Shown: positions 18,830 to 29,820, counted from the first letter of the stretch. The stretch: 64,000 nt of DNA from an uncultured delta proteobacterium (GCA_963842085.1 CAWJET010000001.1:2048001-2112000); one strand, 5' to 3'. Notes: generated from the letters alone by a model not told the origin. Program-made: numbers and translations.

Positions 18830-21800
18830 GTGACGCCCTTGGCGATCGAGACCGAACTCCGCGACCTAATCGACAGGAATCTACCCGCTGATTCCGCGCC
18901 CCGCGTATACGCTTTCGCCGAGCGGCTGTTCGCGCGCGACTCCGCCGACAATCGCGAGCGCGTCCCGGCCAAGCGGCGGCTTGCTCTCGTGCAGTCAGCG
19001 TTCGAATTCTTTTCGGTCCGCACCGAGCCCGCGATCGCGCGAGTCGCATCGGTTGCGGGAGACGACAACGACACCCTCGCCGTCGTCGAAACGGTGACCA
19101 CCGATTGCCCGTTCATCGTCGACAGCCTGCTCGAATATTTCCATCACCTGGGCGCCACCGTTCGCACGATGCTGCACCCGGTGTTCAAGGTTGCTCGCGA
19201 CAAACAAGGAAGGATCGCATCGTTCGAGCAGTTGCTCTCCGCCGAGCGCGGAGAGTCATTCGTTCACGCGGAACTCGAGCTCACGCCGACGCCGGAACAA
19301 GCGCGCGAAATCGAGCGCGAAGTCATCTCAATTCTCAGCGAGGTCCATGACGCGACCGGCGACTTCGAACAGATGACCGGCCGCGCGCTGCAAATCTGCG
19401 AAGAAACCGCGTCGAACCGCGAACTGATTGAGGTCCGCGACCTCCTGCGCTGGCTCATCCACGGCGGCTTCGTGTTCCTGGGCTATCGCCGCTATCTGGT
19501 GAGTGGCGAGGACGGCACCGCCAGATTCGTGCTCGATCCGGGCACCGAGCTCGGCGTCATGCGCGAGCACGACGAGTCGCGATTTCGCAGTTCGGTCATG
19601 CTCGAGGAACTCTCAGCCGCGCGCCGCAAGCTCTTCTTCGAAGGACCGCCGGTGGTGATCGGCAAGACTCGCGCCGAGTCGCACGTCCATCGCCGCCGTC
19701 CCATGGACAGCGTCTCTATTCGCCGCACCGACGCGTCGGGCCAGGTGGTCGCGTTCGACAATTTCATCGGGCTGTTCACCTCCAAGGCCCACGCCGAGGA
19801 AGCGCAGCACATTCCGGTTTTGCGTGCGAAGCTGCGCGAAGTGCTGGAGTACGAGGGCGCAGCTCCGGGCTCGCATGATTACAAGGAGATCGTCTCCGCC
19901 TTCAACAGCTTCCCCAAGGACGAACTCTTTCGCGCGCCCGTTGCCGAATTGCGCGCGCAGTTGCGCCTCATCCTGGACGTGAAGAGCTCGGCCGCGGTGC
20001 GGCTCTTTGTCGCCCCCGACCTGCGTCATGGCAACGTGATCGCGCTGGTCGTGATGCCGCGCGAAGCCGGCTCCGCCGAGCTTGGCCGGCGCATCCAGGA
20101 TACTCTGGCAGCCGCGCTTCACGGCACCCTGGTCTATTTCCACCTCGCACTCGGCGAGGGTTACACTGCGCGCCTCCATTTCTGTTTCGTGGCCGATCCC
20201 CCGAAGACTTCTTTGATCCGCAGTCTCGAGACGACCATCGCCAACCTCGCCAGGCGATGGGACGATCGGCTGCAGGAGCGGCTGATCGAAAAGTTCGGAC
20301 CCCGGCGTGGACGCGAGCTCGCCGAGCGATGGGCCGGTGCATTCAGCGCTGACTATCAGGCTGCGATCGACATAGCGCGCGCGGTCGCGGACATCGAAGA
20401 CGTCGAGAAGCTAATCGCCGGTGGCCGCGATTTCATGGTCGAGGCCGAACTTCACGCGTCCAGCCACCACGCCGGCGACGGACGGAGCGACATACGTATT
20501 GTCGGGCTCGGCGACGCTCCGATGCTCTCCGACCTGATGCCTACTTTGCAGAACTTCGCGATCCGGGTGCTGTCCGAGGACGCTCACGAACTGCGCCCGC
20601 GCACGGAGGGCAAAGTGACGCGCGCGTACCTGCAGGTCTTTTCCGTGGAGGGACCCGACTCGCAGCCATTCGCAAAATTTCCCGGCGCTGCGCTGATCGC
20701 CGATGCGATCGGCGCGGTGCGCGACGGCCTTACCACGGACGATTCTCTCAACGCGCTCACGCTCACCGCGGGCCTCGCCTGGCGCGAGGTCGCTCTGCTG
20801 CGCACGTATCTGGTCGCCGCGTTCCAGATGCGCCTGGCGCCCTCCCGTCTCAGCCTGCAGCGCGTTCTGACGCTGTATCCCGACCTCGCCAGGCTGCTGT
20901 TCGAACTGTTTACCGCACGCCTCTCGTTCGACAGCCCGGCCGCGCCTGAAAAAATCGCGGAGTTGCGCGAAGCGTATCTCGCGCGTCTCGCTGCAATCGA
21001 AAATATTGTTGACGATCGGATCGCGCGCGGGCTGCTCTCGCTGGTGGAGGCGACCGTGCGCACCAATTTTTTCTGTGCGGTGCCGTCGCCCGACCCGTAC
21101 ATCGCGCTCAAGTTCGAAAGCGCGCGCATCGCCAGGCTGCCCGACACCGCGCCGCTCTACGAAATTCACGTCAACAGTCCGCGCATGGAAGGATGCCATC
21201 TACGCCACGGGCGCGTCGCACGCGGCGGAATTCGCTACAGTGACCGGCCCGACGACTACCGCACCGAGATCCTTGACCTGATGAAGACCCAGACCGTTAA
21301 AAACGCGATCATCGTCCCGCGCGGCGCCAAGGGCGGCTTCATCGTCAAGCCGCGGCCGCGCCAACCGCCGAACCCAACCGATGGCGTCGAGGCTTACAAG
21401 ACGCTGATGAACGCGATGCTCGACCTCACCGACAACCTCACCGACGACGGCCCGGTGCATCCCGCGCGCGTCCGGGTGCTCGACAACGACGGACCTTATC
21501 TCGCCGTCGCGGCCGACAAAGGCACGGCGAGCTTCTCCGACGTCGCCAATCAGATCGCAATCGAGCGCGGTTTCTGGCTCGGCGACGCTTTCGCGTCCGG
21601 CGGCGAACACGGCTACGACCACAAGAAGCTGGGGATCACGGCGCGCGGTGCATGGGAGTCTGCGCGCCGGCATCTGCGCGAGATGGGCCGCGACCCCGAC
21701 CGCGGCGCGCCGATCACGATGATCGGCATCGGCGACATGTCCGGCGACGTGTTCGGCAACGGCCTCCTGCGCTCGCGCAACTTGAAGCTCGTCGCCGCCT

Positions 21801-23617
21801 TCGACCATCGCCACATCTTCATCGATCCCGACCCCGACCCCGCGACGAGCTTCGATGAACGCAAGCGCCTGTTCGAGCTGCCGCGCTCGACTTGGGCTGA
21901 CTACACTCCGTCTCTCATCAGTCGCGGCGGGAGCGTGTTCCGCCGCGGCCAGAAACGAATCGAGCTGAGTGCGCATGCGCGCGCCGCGCTGGCCTGCGAT
22001 TCCGACGCGCTCGACGGCGAGTCGTTGATTCAATGCATTCTGCGCGCGCCGGTCGATCTATTCTACAACGGCGGCATCGGCACCTACGTTCGCGCCAGCA
22101 GCGAGACCGACGCCGAAGTCGCCGACCACGCCAACGACGCTTGCCGAATCACCGCGCCGGAACTTCGCGCCAAAATAGTCGTCGAGGGCGGCAACCTCGG
22201 CTTCACCCAAAAAGCGCGCATCGAGTACGCCCTCAACGGCGGACGGATCAACACCGACGCGATCGACAACTCGGCCGGCGTCGACATGTCGGATCACGAA
22301 GTCAATCTGAAGATTCTGCTCGAGCCGGCCGTGGCCCGCGGCGAGCTGACTTTCGACGCGCGCAACCGCGCGCTCGCCGCATGCGCGGACGAAATTGCCG
22401 ACCGGGTGATCGCGGATAATCGCGACCAGGTGCTGTCGCTCAGCCTCGAACAGCTTCGCAGCCGCACGCACCTGAACGAGTTTCACGACCATCTCCAGGC
22501 CATCGAAGATCGCGGCATCTTGACCGGGATGGAGCCTGTGATGCTCTCGCGCGAGGCGCTGCACAATCGCCATGCGCGCTACCCCGGCCTCACCCGCCCC
22601 GAGCTTGCGCTGGCCGCCGCCTACACCAAGATCGATCTCATCCAGCGGCTGGAAGCCACCGTGCTGGTTGACGATTCGTATCTCGTCGGACGTTTCCTGC
22701 GGCCATACTTCCCGCCGTCGCTCGCGGAGCATTTCAGCGGCGACGTCGGCGCGCATCGCCTCCGCCACGAGCTGATCGCCACTGGCGCCGTCAATGAACT
22801 CGTCGATCTGGTTGGCGCGACTTTCGTCTTCAGCCACGTGCGCGATCGCGGCGTCGCGGCCGAGGACGTGGTCCGGGCATGGGTGATCGCGACCGACGTG
22901 CTTTCAATTCACGAACGCGCCGGCGAGCTGAGGCGAAACTCCGCCACGATCGCGGCCGAATCGGAACTGGGCGCGTTTCTGGCCCTCGAGCGCGCCTGCC
23001 GCAGCGCTACGGGATGGGCGCTCGGCGAACTGGAACCCGCCACTTCGATCGGCGCCGCGGTGACCCGCTTCAGGCCCGCATTCGAAATGTTATGCGGCGA
23101 GTTCCAGACGATGCTCGCGGGCGGCGAGCGCGACCGCTTCGAGCGCCTCTATCGCGAGCTGCGCAATGACATGCTGGACGGCGAACTGGCGCACGGGCTC
23201 GCGCGGCTGGCTTTCGCCGATCACATTCTGAGTGTGCTGAGCCTGAGTTTCGCCCGCGGAATCGAGCCCGCCAAAACGGCTCAATCCTACTTCCGCCTGA
23301 GCGCGCAACTCAACTTCGCAATGCTCGAGGAAGCGCTCCAATCGATCGGCGCCGACGACCGCTGGGAGCGGCGCGCCGCCAACGAACTCGCCGCCGAACT
23401 TCGCGCCGCGCGCATCGCGCTGTGCTGCGCGGTGCTCGACGCAATCGCCGACGATCCCGATATGACTGTCGATGAATCGATCGAGCAGTTGAAGCGGGTC
23501 CGGGCCAATCGATTCGCGGAGGTCGCGCGGCTGTTCGACGAGCTGAAAACGCTTGCGTCGCCGAGCCTGCCTGCTATTCAGGTCACGATTCGCGCGCTCT
23601 CACGCCTGGCTGCTTGA
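18830..23617 (+). CDS. gdhB: Large NAD-specific glutamate dehydrogenase (about 1600 aa)
   Basis: ARGGIRYSDR, VKNAIIVP, AADKGTA, GYDHKKLGITARGAW, GDMSGDVFGNG, DAIDNSAGV; start uncertain. Confidence 0.95.
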   Translation: MTPLAIETELRDLIDRNLPADSAPRVYAFAERLFARDSADNRERVPAKRRLALVQSAFEFFSVRTEPAIARVASVAGDDNDTLAVVETVTTDCPFIVDSLLEYFHHLGATVRTMLHPVFKVARDKQGRIASFEQLLSAERGESFVHAELELTPTPEQAREIEREVISILSEVHDATGDFEQMTGRALQICEETASNRELIEVRDLLRWLIHGGFVFLGYRRYLVSGEDGTARFVLDPGTELGVMREHDESRFRSSVMLEELSAARRKLFFEGPPVVIGKTRAESHVHRRRPMDSVSIRRTDASGQVVAFDNFIGLFTSKAHAEEAQHIPVLRAKLREVLEYEGAAPGSHDYKEIVSAFNSFPKDELFRAPVAELRAQLRLILDVKSSAAVRLFVAPDLRHGNVIALVVMPREAGSAELGRRIQDTLAAALHGTLVYFHLALGEGYTARLHFCFVADPPKTSLIRSLETTIANLARRWDDRLQERLIEKFGPRRGRELAERWAGAFSADYQAAIDIARAVADIEDVEKLIAGGRDFMVEAELHASSHHAGDGRSDIRIVGLGDAPMLSDLMPTLQNFAIRVLSEDAHELRPRTEGKVTRAYLQVFSVEGPDSQPFAKFPGAALIADAIGAVRDGLTTDDSLNALTLTAGLAWREVALLRTYLVAAFQMRLAPSRLSLQRVLTLYPDLARLLFELFTARLSFDSPAAPEKIAELREAYLARLAAIENIVDDRIARGLLSLVEATVRTNFFCAVPSPDPYIALKFESARIARLPDTAPLYEIHVNSPRMEGCHLRHGRVARGGIRYSDRPDDYRTEILDLMKTQTVKNAIIVPRGAKGGFIVKPRPRQPPNPTDGVEAYKTLMNAMLDLTDNLTDDGPVHPARVRVLDNDGPYLAVAADKGTASFSDVANQIAIERGFWLGDAFASGGEHGYDHKKLGITARGAWESARRHLREMGRDPDRGAPITMIGIGDMSGDVFGNGLLRSRNLKLVAAFDHRHIFIDPDPDPATSFDERKRLFELPRSTWADYTPSLISRGGSVFRRGQKRIELSAHARAALACDSDALDGESLIQCILRAPVDLFYNGGIGTYVRASSETDAEVADHANDACRITAPELRAKIVVEGGNLGFTQKARIEYALNGGRINTDAIDNSAGVDMSDHEVNLKILLEPAVARGELTFDARNRALAACADEIADRVIADNRDQVLSLSLEQLRSRTHLNEFHDHLQAIEDRGILTGMEPVMLSREALHNRHARYPGLTRPELALAAAYTKIDLIQRLEATVLVDDSYLVGRFLRPYFPPSLAEHFSGDVGAHRLRHELIATGAVNELVDLVGATFVFSHVRDRGVAAEDVVRAWVIATDVLSIHERAGELRRNSATIAAESELGAFLALERACRSATGWALGELEPATSIGAAVTRFRPAFEMLCGEFQTMLAGGERDRFERLYRELRNDMLDGELAHGLARLAFADHILSVLSLSFARGIEPAKTAQSYFRLSAQLNFAMLEEALQSIGADDRWERRAANELAAELRAARIALCCAVLDAIADDPDMTVDESIEQLKRVRANRFAEVARLFDELKTLASPSLPAIQVTIRALSRLAA

Positions 23618-24601
23618 TCACAGCGCAGCGCTTGGCAGTTGCGCCGTCGGCTGCATCGCGGACTGCGCGGCAGAATCGAGCCGCTCAGCCAGCTGGCGTT
23701 CTCTCAAATCCTGATAGAGTCGCAGACCCGCCGCGACCAGGAACGCGGTGGTCGCAAAGTTGACGCTGATCTCGGCCAGATCGACCAGAAAGATCGTTGT
23801 GCCGAGAAAGCCCGTCACCACTCCGACCGGCCCGAACAGCAGGCTCACCACCACGAACGCTCCCGCTGCCCACGAGTTGAATCCCGACCAGACCGCGAGA
23901 AAGACGACGATCCGCGTCGCGACTTTGAAGAAGCGTTTGCGCATGAGGTCGCGGCTGAACAGCAGCGCATGCCAGCTATGCTTGTCGTCGAAGATCAGCG
24001 CGTACTGCGCGAAGTACAACCACGCGTACACGATCGCGCCAAGCATGATCATCAAGACCAGCGCGATATATGCCCACACCCCGATCGATCCGGGCATAAA
24101 ACTCGACGCCTCCTGGAACAGGAACAACCCAAGGCCCGGCGCCAGCAGTTGCAGAATCGTCACCCAGATGAACGCCGGCCCCAACAGAATCGATTGCCGG
24201 TAAACTTCGATCGCTTCGCCAATAACAGCAGGCTCGCGAATTCCCGCCTGGATCCGCTTGAGTGAGCACAACGTAACCAGCGTCACCAGCAGCGTGAGCA
24301 GCCCGAAAAGTAGATGTAACGCCGTCGTGACCCACGGCCCGAACGGCTGCGGCTCCTGCAGGGGCGCGGGCTTGCTCGGCGTGTCGACGCTATCCACCTG
24401 CGTATAACTGATATTTTGCGAGCCCGGCTCGAAGTTCGTCGCGAGGCGATGCTGCAGATTCAACGCGTCAGGCAGGAGGCACAGCGCCGCCGCCAGCAGC
24501 AACGGCGCCAGCACGATAGCCAGCACCGACCAGTTGCCGCGCAGATCGTTTACCGCGTTGGCGAGATATATGAAGCTGCTTTTGAGGCGAACGGGATTCA
24601 C
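23618..24601 (-). CDS. Multi-pass membrane protein, unknown function
   Basis: About six hydrophobic segments; start uncertain. Confidence 0.75.
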   Translation of the reverse strand: MNPVRLKSSFIYLANAVNDLRGNWSVLAIVLAPLLLAAALCLLPDALNLQHRLATNFEPGSQNISYTQVDSVDTPSKPAPLQEPQPFGPWVTTALHLLFGLLTLLVTLVTLCSLKRIQAGIREPAVIGEAIEVYRQSILLGPAFIWVTILQLLAPGLGLFLFQEASSFMPGSIGVWAYIALVLMIMLGAIVYAWLYFAQYALIFDDKHSWHALLFSRDLMRKRFFKVATRIVVFLAVWSGFNSWAAGAFVVVSLLFGPVGVVTGFLGTTIFLVDLAEISVNFATTAFLVAAGLRLYQDLRERQLAERLDSAAQSAMQPTAQLPSAAL

Positions 24602-24723
24602 GGCGCGCGTAAGAGGTTGGCATCCTCGCATGATCGAGACAAGTCCGCCGCATTTCCGATGGTCACTTCTCGCCTCAGTGTTATATGATGGTTGATGATC
24701 GCCCCCACACGGAGAATGCACTC

Positions 24724-24975
24724 ATGGCCGACGACGACCGCGCATCGAAAATCGAACATGAGAATAAAATGATCCGCCGCCTGCGCTTCCTGGTCGAACT
24801 GACCTTCGCCACCATCGCGCAGGACCATGACATGACGCTCGAACAGGGATGGGAACACGTGCTCGCGCTCAAGGGCGCCGCGGTTGCGATGTTCCCCGGC
24901 AAGGAAGAAACCTTCGACCTCGTCTACCTGCCGCGCTTCTCGCGCCTGCTCGCAGAGCGATTCGGCGCGAATTGA
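24724..24975 (+). CDS. Hypothetical protein (83 aa)
   Basis: GGAG RBS; FPGKEETFDLVYLPRF; stop overlaps the nagA start. Confidence 0.75.
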   Translation: MADDDRASKIEHENKMIRRLRFLVELTFATIAQDHDMTLEQGWEHVLALKGAAVAMFPGKEETFDLVYLPRFSRLLAERFGAN

Positions 24976-26081
24976 AGCTGTCAGGCCTTATCGCCGGGCC
25001 CGACGGCTCGCTTACTCGCGGGCGACTCACGTTCACTGATCGGATCACCGCGGTCGAGCCGGAATCTGTCGACGGCGACTACATCCTGCCCGGCTTCGTC
25101 GATCTTCAAGTAAACGGCTCGCACGGCATCGACGTGATGAACGCGCCGGCCGACGCACTCGCCACTTTAAGCCGCCATCTTGCGCGCGAAGGCGTTACCG
25201 CATGGATGCCGACCGCGGTCACCGCCCCCATCGAAAAGATCGCGCAGGTTCACCAGTCGATCGCTCACGCACTCGAAAATTCGCAGCGCGATAACTCCGC
25301 TGGCGCGGCCGCCATTCTCGGCATGCATCTGGAAGGTCCGTTCATTTCGCCGCTCCGCCTCGGCGCGCATCCTGCGCTCAACCTCGAGCCGTGCGGCGAC
25401 ACTTTCGAACGTGTGCTCGCGATGAACGCGCTTCGCTTGCTCACGCTCGCGCCCGAGTTGCCTGGCGGACTCGACGCGATTCGGCGCCTCGCAGCGCGCG
25501 GCGTGGTCGTCTCCATCGGCCATACCAACGCGACGCTCGACGAGGCCAACGCCGCCGTCGCCGCCGGCGCCCGGATGTTCACGCATTTGTTCAACGCGAT
25601 GCGCCCGCTGAACCATCGCGATCCCGGCGTAGTCGCCGCTGCGCTTGCGCCGTCGCCCGCATTCGCCGCGCTCATCCCCGACGGGGTCCACGTGCATCCC
25701 GCGATCCTCCGCCTTGCGTTCGGCGCTCGCGGCAGGGACGGAATGATCCTTGTCACTGACAAAGTCGCGCTGGCACAAACCTACGGCGCTGAGCAGAGTG
25801 TCGGCCGCGCTCGCGCGACGATTCGCGACGGCGTCGCGCGCCTCGACGACGGTACGCTCGCCGGCAGCATCATCTCGATGCTCGACGGCGTCCGCGTCAT
25901 GGTCGAAAAAGCCGGCGTCAGCCTTGGTGACGCGGCCGTGATGGCCGCGACCAATCCCGCTAACCTCGTCGGCGCGGGCGATCGCGGCCGCATTCAGGCC
26001 GGCGCGCGCGCCGATTTAATCGTGCTCAGCCGGGCGCTAGAGTTGAAGTCCGTGTTCATCGGTGGTCGCGAGATAAGCTAG
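24972..26081 (+). CDS. nagA: N-acetylglucosamine-6-phosphate deacetylase
   Basis: PGFVDLQVNG, HLEGPF, TLAPE, GHT, THLFNAM, DGVHV, LAGS; TTG start. Confidence 0.95.
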   Translation: MKLSGLIAGPDGSLTRGRLTFTDRITAVEPESVDGDYILPGFVDLQVNGSHGIDVMNAPADALATLSRHLAREGVTAWMPTAVTAPIEKIAQVHQSIAHALENSQRDNSAGAAAILGMHLEGPFISPLRLGAHPALNLEPCGDTFERVLAMNALRLLTLAPELPGGLDAIRRLAARGVVVSIGHTNATLDEANAAVAAGARMFTHLFNAMRPLNHRDPGVVAAALAPSPAFAALIPDGVHVHPAILRLAFGARGRDGMILVTDKVALAQTYGAEQSVGRARATIRDGVARLDDGTLAGSIISMLDGVRVMVEKAGVSLGDAAVMAATNPANLVGAGDRGRIQAGARADLIVLSRALELKSVFIGGREIS

Positions 26082-26408
26082 TCGCCGAAACGCTGAAAAA
26101 TCGGGAACTGGTTCAATTTCGATGAAGGGGCTTGGGGCTGAACTTTTCGGCCTGACCCCCGGCGGACTTTCTGTGCTACTCGTACGGTATGCATCATCAT
26201 GCCCCATACTCCCCAAGCCCACCTGAAAACCGCCGAAGCCCGAAGCCCACTTGCGCAAAAACATTTTCTGACGGAACGAAGCTACCGATGGTAGAGCAGC
26301 CGTCCCAAACCCACCACATATGGTATAAACGAAACATCCCTGCTTCCGCTCTTGATCCGCGCGCGACAACGGAGCGCCGCCTTAATACTTAAAAAACGGA
26401 GTCAATCG

Positions 26409-27263
26409 ATGCCGCTGAACAAAGCCTGCGTGGGCCGCGAATTTCCTCCCGTCACGACCAGCGCCACCCTCGACGCGATCCAGAACTATGCGCGCGCGTA
26501 CAACGACGACAACCCCGCGTTCTTCGACGCGAGCCGCCCGGGCGGCATCGTCGCGCCACCGATGTTCGGCGTCACCGTCAGTTGGGACGCCGTGATGAAA
26601 GCCGTGATGGATCCCGACTTGCACGCCGACCTGCTCCGCCTCGTTCACGGCGAGCAGGACATGGAATTTCCAAACCCAATTCGCCCCGGCGACGTTATCA
26701 GCGCGACGGGTAAAATCATTTCGATCGAAACCAAGGCCACCGGCGAGACCATGACCGTCGAGCTGAACGCCGCCAACCAGAAGGGGCAGCCGGTCCAGAA
26801 AACGCTCTTCATCGCTTTTATTCGAGGCGCTCGCAACCGCGACGCCGCGGCCGCGGAACCGCGCGCCGCCGAGCCCGATCGCGATGCGCCAATCTTCTCG
26901 GTCGCGCAGACCATCGACCAGGATCAGACCTACCGCTACGCCGAGGCCTCCGGCGATCGCAACCCGATCCACGTCGATGAAAACATCGCGAAGATGGCGG
27001 GCCTGCCGGGCATCATCGTGCACGGCCTCTGCACGATGGCGTTTACGTCCAAGGTTGTGATCGACAAACTATGTGCCGGCGACCCGACCCGGCTCAAGCG
27101 CTTGCGCGTGCGCTTCTCCCGCCCCGTGCTGCCCGGCCAGACCATCACTACCAAAGTCTGGGCCGATGGCGAGCGCGACGGCCGCAAAGTTTTCGCCTAC
27201 GAGACTTTCAATCCTGACGGCCAGGCCGTTATCAAGGGCGGCATCGCGGAAGTCGCGCCCTGA
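26409..27263 (+). CDS. MaoC-family double hot-dog dehydratase
   Basis: LVHGEQ; SGDRNPIHVD...IVHGLCT hydratase motif. Confidence 0.92.
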   Translation: MPLNKACVGREFPPVTTSATLDAIQNYARAYNDDNPAFFDASRPGGIVAPPMFGVTVSWDAVMKAVMDPDLHADLLRLVHGEQDMEFPNPIRPGDVISATGKIISIETKATGETMTVELNAANQKGQPVQKTLFIAFIRGARNRDAAAAEPRAAEPDRDAPIFSVAQTIDQDQTYRYAEASGDRNPIHVDENIAKMAGLPGIIVHGLCTMAFTSKVVIDKLCAGDPTRLKRLRVRFSRPVLPGQTITTKVWADGERDGRKVFAYETFNPDGQAVIKGGIAEVAP

Positions 27264-27267
27264 CTTT

Positions 27268-28545
27268 GTGAAAATCACCATCGGCCTCTCGCTCTCTCTC
27301 ACCGGCGAATATTCTCCGATGGGCCGGCAAGCCGAAACCGCGATCCGTCTGTTCATCGCCGACGCGAACGCCAGCAGCGCGCTGCGCGTCGCCGGCGAGC
27401 GATGTGAATTCGCCCTCGAATGCCGCGACGACGCCAGCGATCCGGTGCGATGCGCCGAAATCTATCGCTCGCTATGCGCAGATCGCCGCGCCGGCATAAT
27501 CTTTGGCCCATACTCCAATCGCCTCGCGCGCGTCGCCGCGAACATCGCCGAACAATTCGGGCGCGTTTTCGTCAACCACGGTGGCGCCGGCGACGAACTT
27601 TACGATCGCGGCTACAAGATGATCGTAGGAGTACTCAGTCCCGCGAGTGACTACTTGCGCGGTTTCGTTCGCCTGCTGACCCAGCTCAAGCTATGGCGCA
27701 AGCGCGTCGCAATCGTCGCGTCGAAGACGCCGTTCGCACGCGCGGTTGCGTCGGGCTTCGAGCGCGCCGCCGACGAACGCGCCGCTCGCCGCCGCGGAGT
27801 CCGCCTGCGTGTGAAGTGGAACGGCGCGTTCGACCCCGACTCGACGCCCGCGCGCCTTTTCCCCGCGTTGGTGCGCAACCGCGTCAATGCGCTTGCCAGC
27901 GCCGGCAGCTATGAACACGATGTCGCCGTGATGCGCGCGGTCGCAGCTTCACGTCTCAACATTCCGGTGCTCGGATGCGTGGCAGCGGGCGTGCATCGCT
28001 TCGCGTCGGACCTGGGCGAACTGGCGGAAGGAATCGTCGGCCCTTCGCAATGGGAGGATTCCCTTGAGTTCGAGCCTGCGCTCGGCCCGACGCCCGCCGA
28101 GTTTGCGCGTCGAATGCGCACGGCAGGCGCCAACCAAACCGATTCTCCCGACTATCCTGCGGCGCAGATCTACGCTGCCGGCCTGCTCACCGCCGCCGCG
28201 CTGGCTGCGGCGGGTGGTCCGGACGACGCGATGCTTCGTGCTGCATTCTCCGACTTGCGCACCACCACGATGTTCGGCGACTTCTCGATCGATCGCGTCA
28301 GCGGACGCCAGCTCGGTCACCAGATGCTGCTCGTGCAATGGCACCGCGGGCGCAAGGTCATCATCGAGCCGCAATCGCACGACGATTCGGGCGCGCTCGA
28401 TCTTCCCTCTGGCCTGCGCCTGCTCCTTGCGGGAATCGAGATGCTTCGCTTAAGTCGTCCTGACGATTCGCGCGAATCGCTCGGCGACGACGACAGCGAA
28501 TCTGACGATCCGGACCTGGATGAAGATGAGCGCAATCACGATTAG
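27268..28545 (+). CDS. LivK-like branched-chain amino-acid-binding fold protein lacking an obvious signal peptide
   Basis: IGLSLSLTG, DDASDP, FGPYS, TMFGDF...QW; GTG start 4 bp after the maoC stop. Confidence 0.8.
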   Translation: MKITIGLSLSLTGEYSPMGRQAETAIRLFIADANASSALRVAGERCEFALECRDDASDPVRCAEIYRSLCADRRAGIIFGPYSNRLARVAANIAEQFGRVFVNHGGAGDELYDRGYKMIVGVLSPASDYLRGFVRLLTQLKLWRKRVAIVASKTPFARAVASGFERAADERAARRRGVRLRVKWNGAFDPDSTPARLFPALVRNRVNALASAGSYEHDVAVMRAVAASRLNIPVLGCVAAGVHRFASDLGELAEGIVGPSQWEDSLEFEPALGPTPAEFARRMRTAGANQTDSPDYPAAQIYAAGLLTAAALAAAGGPDDAMLRAAFSDLRTTTMFGDFSIDRVSGRQLGHQMLLVQWHRGRKVIIEPQSHDDSGALDLPSGLRLLLAGIEMLRLSRPDDSRESLGDDDSESDDPDLDEDERNHD

Positions 28546-29734
28546 ACTCGAAGGCCGCAAGGTTCTCGCCATCGGCCTGATGTCCGGGACTTCGCACGAC
28601 GGCGTGAGCGCGGCTCTCGTTGAGCTCGACGAGCGCGCCCGTCCGCCCGCGCGCGTGCTCGCGTTTCAAACTTTTCCGTACCGGGCGCGCTTTCGCAAAG
28701 AACTGCTCGCCGCCTCAGCCAACGAGAAAATCGGCGCGGCGGCGATTTCGACGCTCAACTTCGCACTGGGACGCGAGCTGGGACGCGCCGCCATCGAGAT
28801 CGCCCGGCGCGCTGGTGTCGCGCTTTCCGACGTCGCCTTCATCGGATCGCACGGCCATACATTTTTTCATCTGCCGCCGCGCCGCGTTGCCCGCGGACAG
28901 GTCGCCTCCACGATGCAACTCGGCGAGCCCGCCGTTGTCGCCGCAGCCACCGGCGTTCCCGTCGTTGCCGACTTCCGCGCGATGGACCTTGCGCTCGGTG
29001 GCGAGGGCGCGCCGCTCGCCCCGCTCGCCCAACTCTGGCTGTTCGCCGACTCCATGCACGGCCGCGTCGTGCAGAACATCGGCGGCATCGGCAACGCAAC
29101 TTACATTCCGCCCCGCGCGCGCCTGGGCGACGCCGACCTCATCGCATTCGATACCGGCCCGGGTAACATGATGCTCGACGCGCTCGCTTCACGAATCTCT
29201 GGCGGCCGCCTGCGGATGGATCGCGACGGACGCATCGCGGCGCGCGGGCAGGTCAACCAGCCGCTGCTGGCCAGGCTGATGCGCAATCCCTACTTCGGAC
29301 GACGCCCGCCAAAATCGACAGGCCGCGAGGAATTCGGGACCCATCTGCTCGATCGCATCGTCGCCGACGCCCGCCGCATGAAAATCGTTGACTACGATCT
29401 GGTCGCGACCGTTACCGCCCTCACCGCGCGATCGATCGCGGATGCATGCCGCCGCTTCATCCTTCCCCGCGGTCCCGTCGATCAGTTGATCGTCACCGGC
29501 GGCGGCGCAAAAAATTCCACCTTGATGCGCATGCTCGCGGCCGAACTTCCCGAGGTCGAAGTGATCACCGCCGCAGAACTCGGCGTTGACGGCGACGCGC
29601 TCGAGGCCGTCGCATTTGCCATCCTCGGCTACCAGATGCTGCGCGGCCGCCAGGGTAATATCCCCAGTGTCACCGGTGCGCGAGCGCCCGCCATCCTCGG
29701 CAAACTAACGCTGCCCCCGCGTCCACTAGCATGA
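28526..29734 (+). CDS. anmK: Anhydro-N-acetylmuramic acid kinase
   Basis: GLMSGTSHDG, GSHGHT, GGEGAPL, NIGGIGN, FDTGPGN, PKSTGRE. Confidence 0.95.
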   Translation: MSAITIRLEGRKVLAIGLMSGTSHDGVSAALVELDERARPPARVLAFQTFPYRARFRKELLAASANEKIGAAAISTLNFALGRELGRAAIEIARRAGVALSDVAFIGSHGHTFFHLPPRRVARGQVASTMQLGEPAVVAAATGVPVVADFRAMDLALGGEGAPLAPLAQLWLFADSMHGRVVQNIGGIGNATYIPPRARLGDADLIAFDTGPGNMMLDALASRISGGRLRMDRDGRIAARGQVNQPLLARLMRNPYFGRRPPKSTGREEFGTHLLDRIVADARRMKIVDYDLVATVTALTARSIADACRRFILPRGPVDQLIVTGGGAKNSTLMRMLAAELPEVEVITAAELGVDGDALEAVAFAILGYQMLRGRQGNIPSVTGARAPAILGKLTLPPRPLA

Positions 29735-29754
29735 TCGCGTTCGAGCGCAGCCTT

Positions 29755-29820
29755 TGTCATCCTGACCAAGCGAGCGCGAGCGGCAGGAAAGATCTCGGAC
29801 AGCTTCGCGCCAGCGAAGCC
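29755..29820. repeat. Degenerate REP-like palindromic element between convergent genes
   Basis: TGTCATCCTGA...AAGATCT signature and hairpin GCTTCGC-GCCA-GCGAAGC (29802-29819). Confidence 0.45.
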
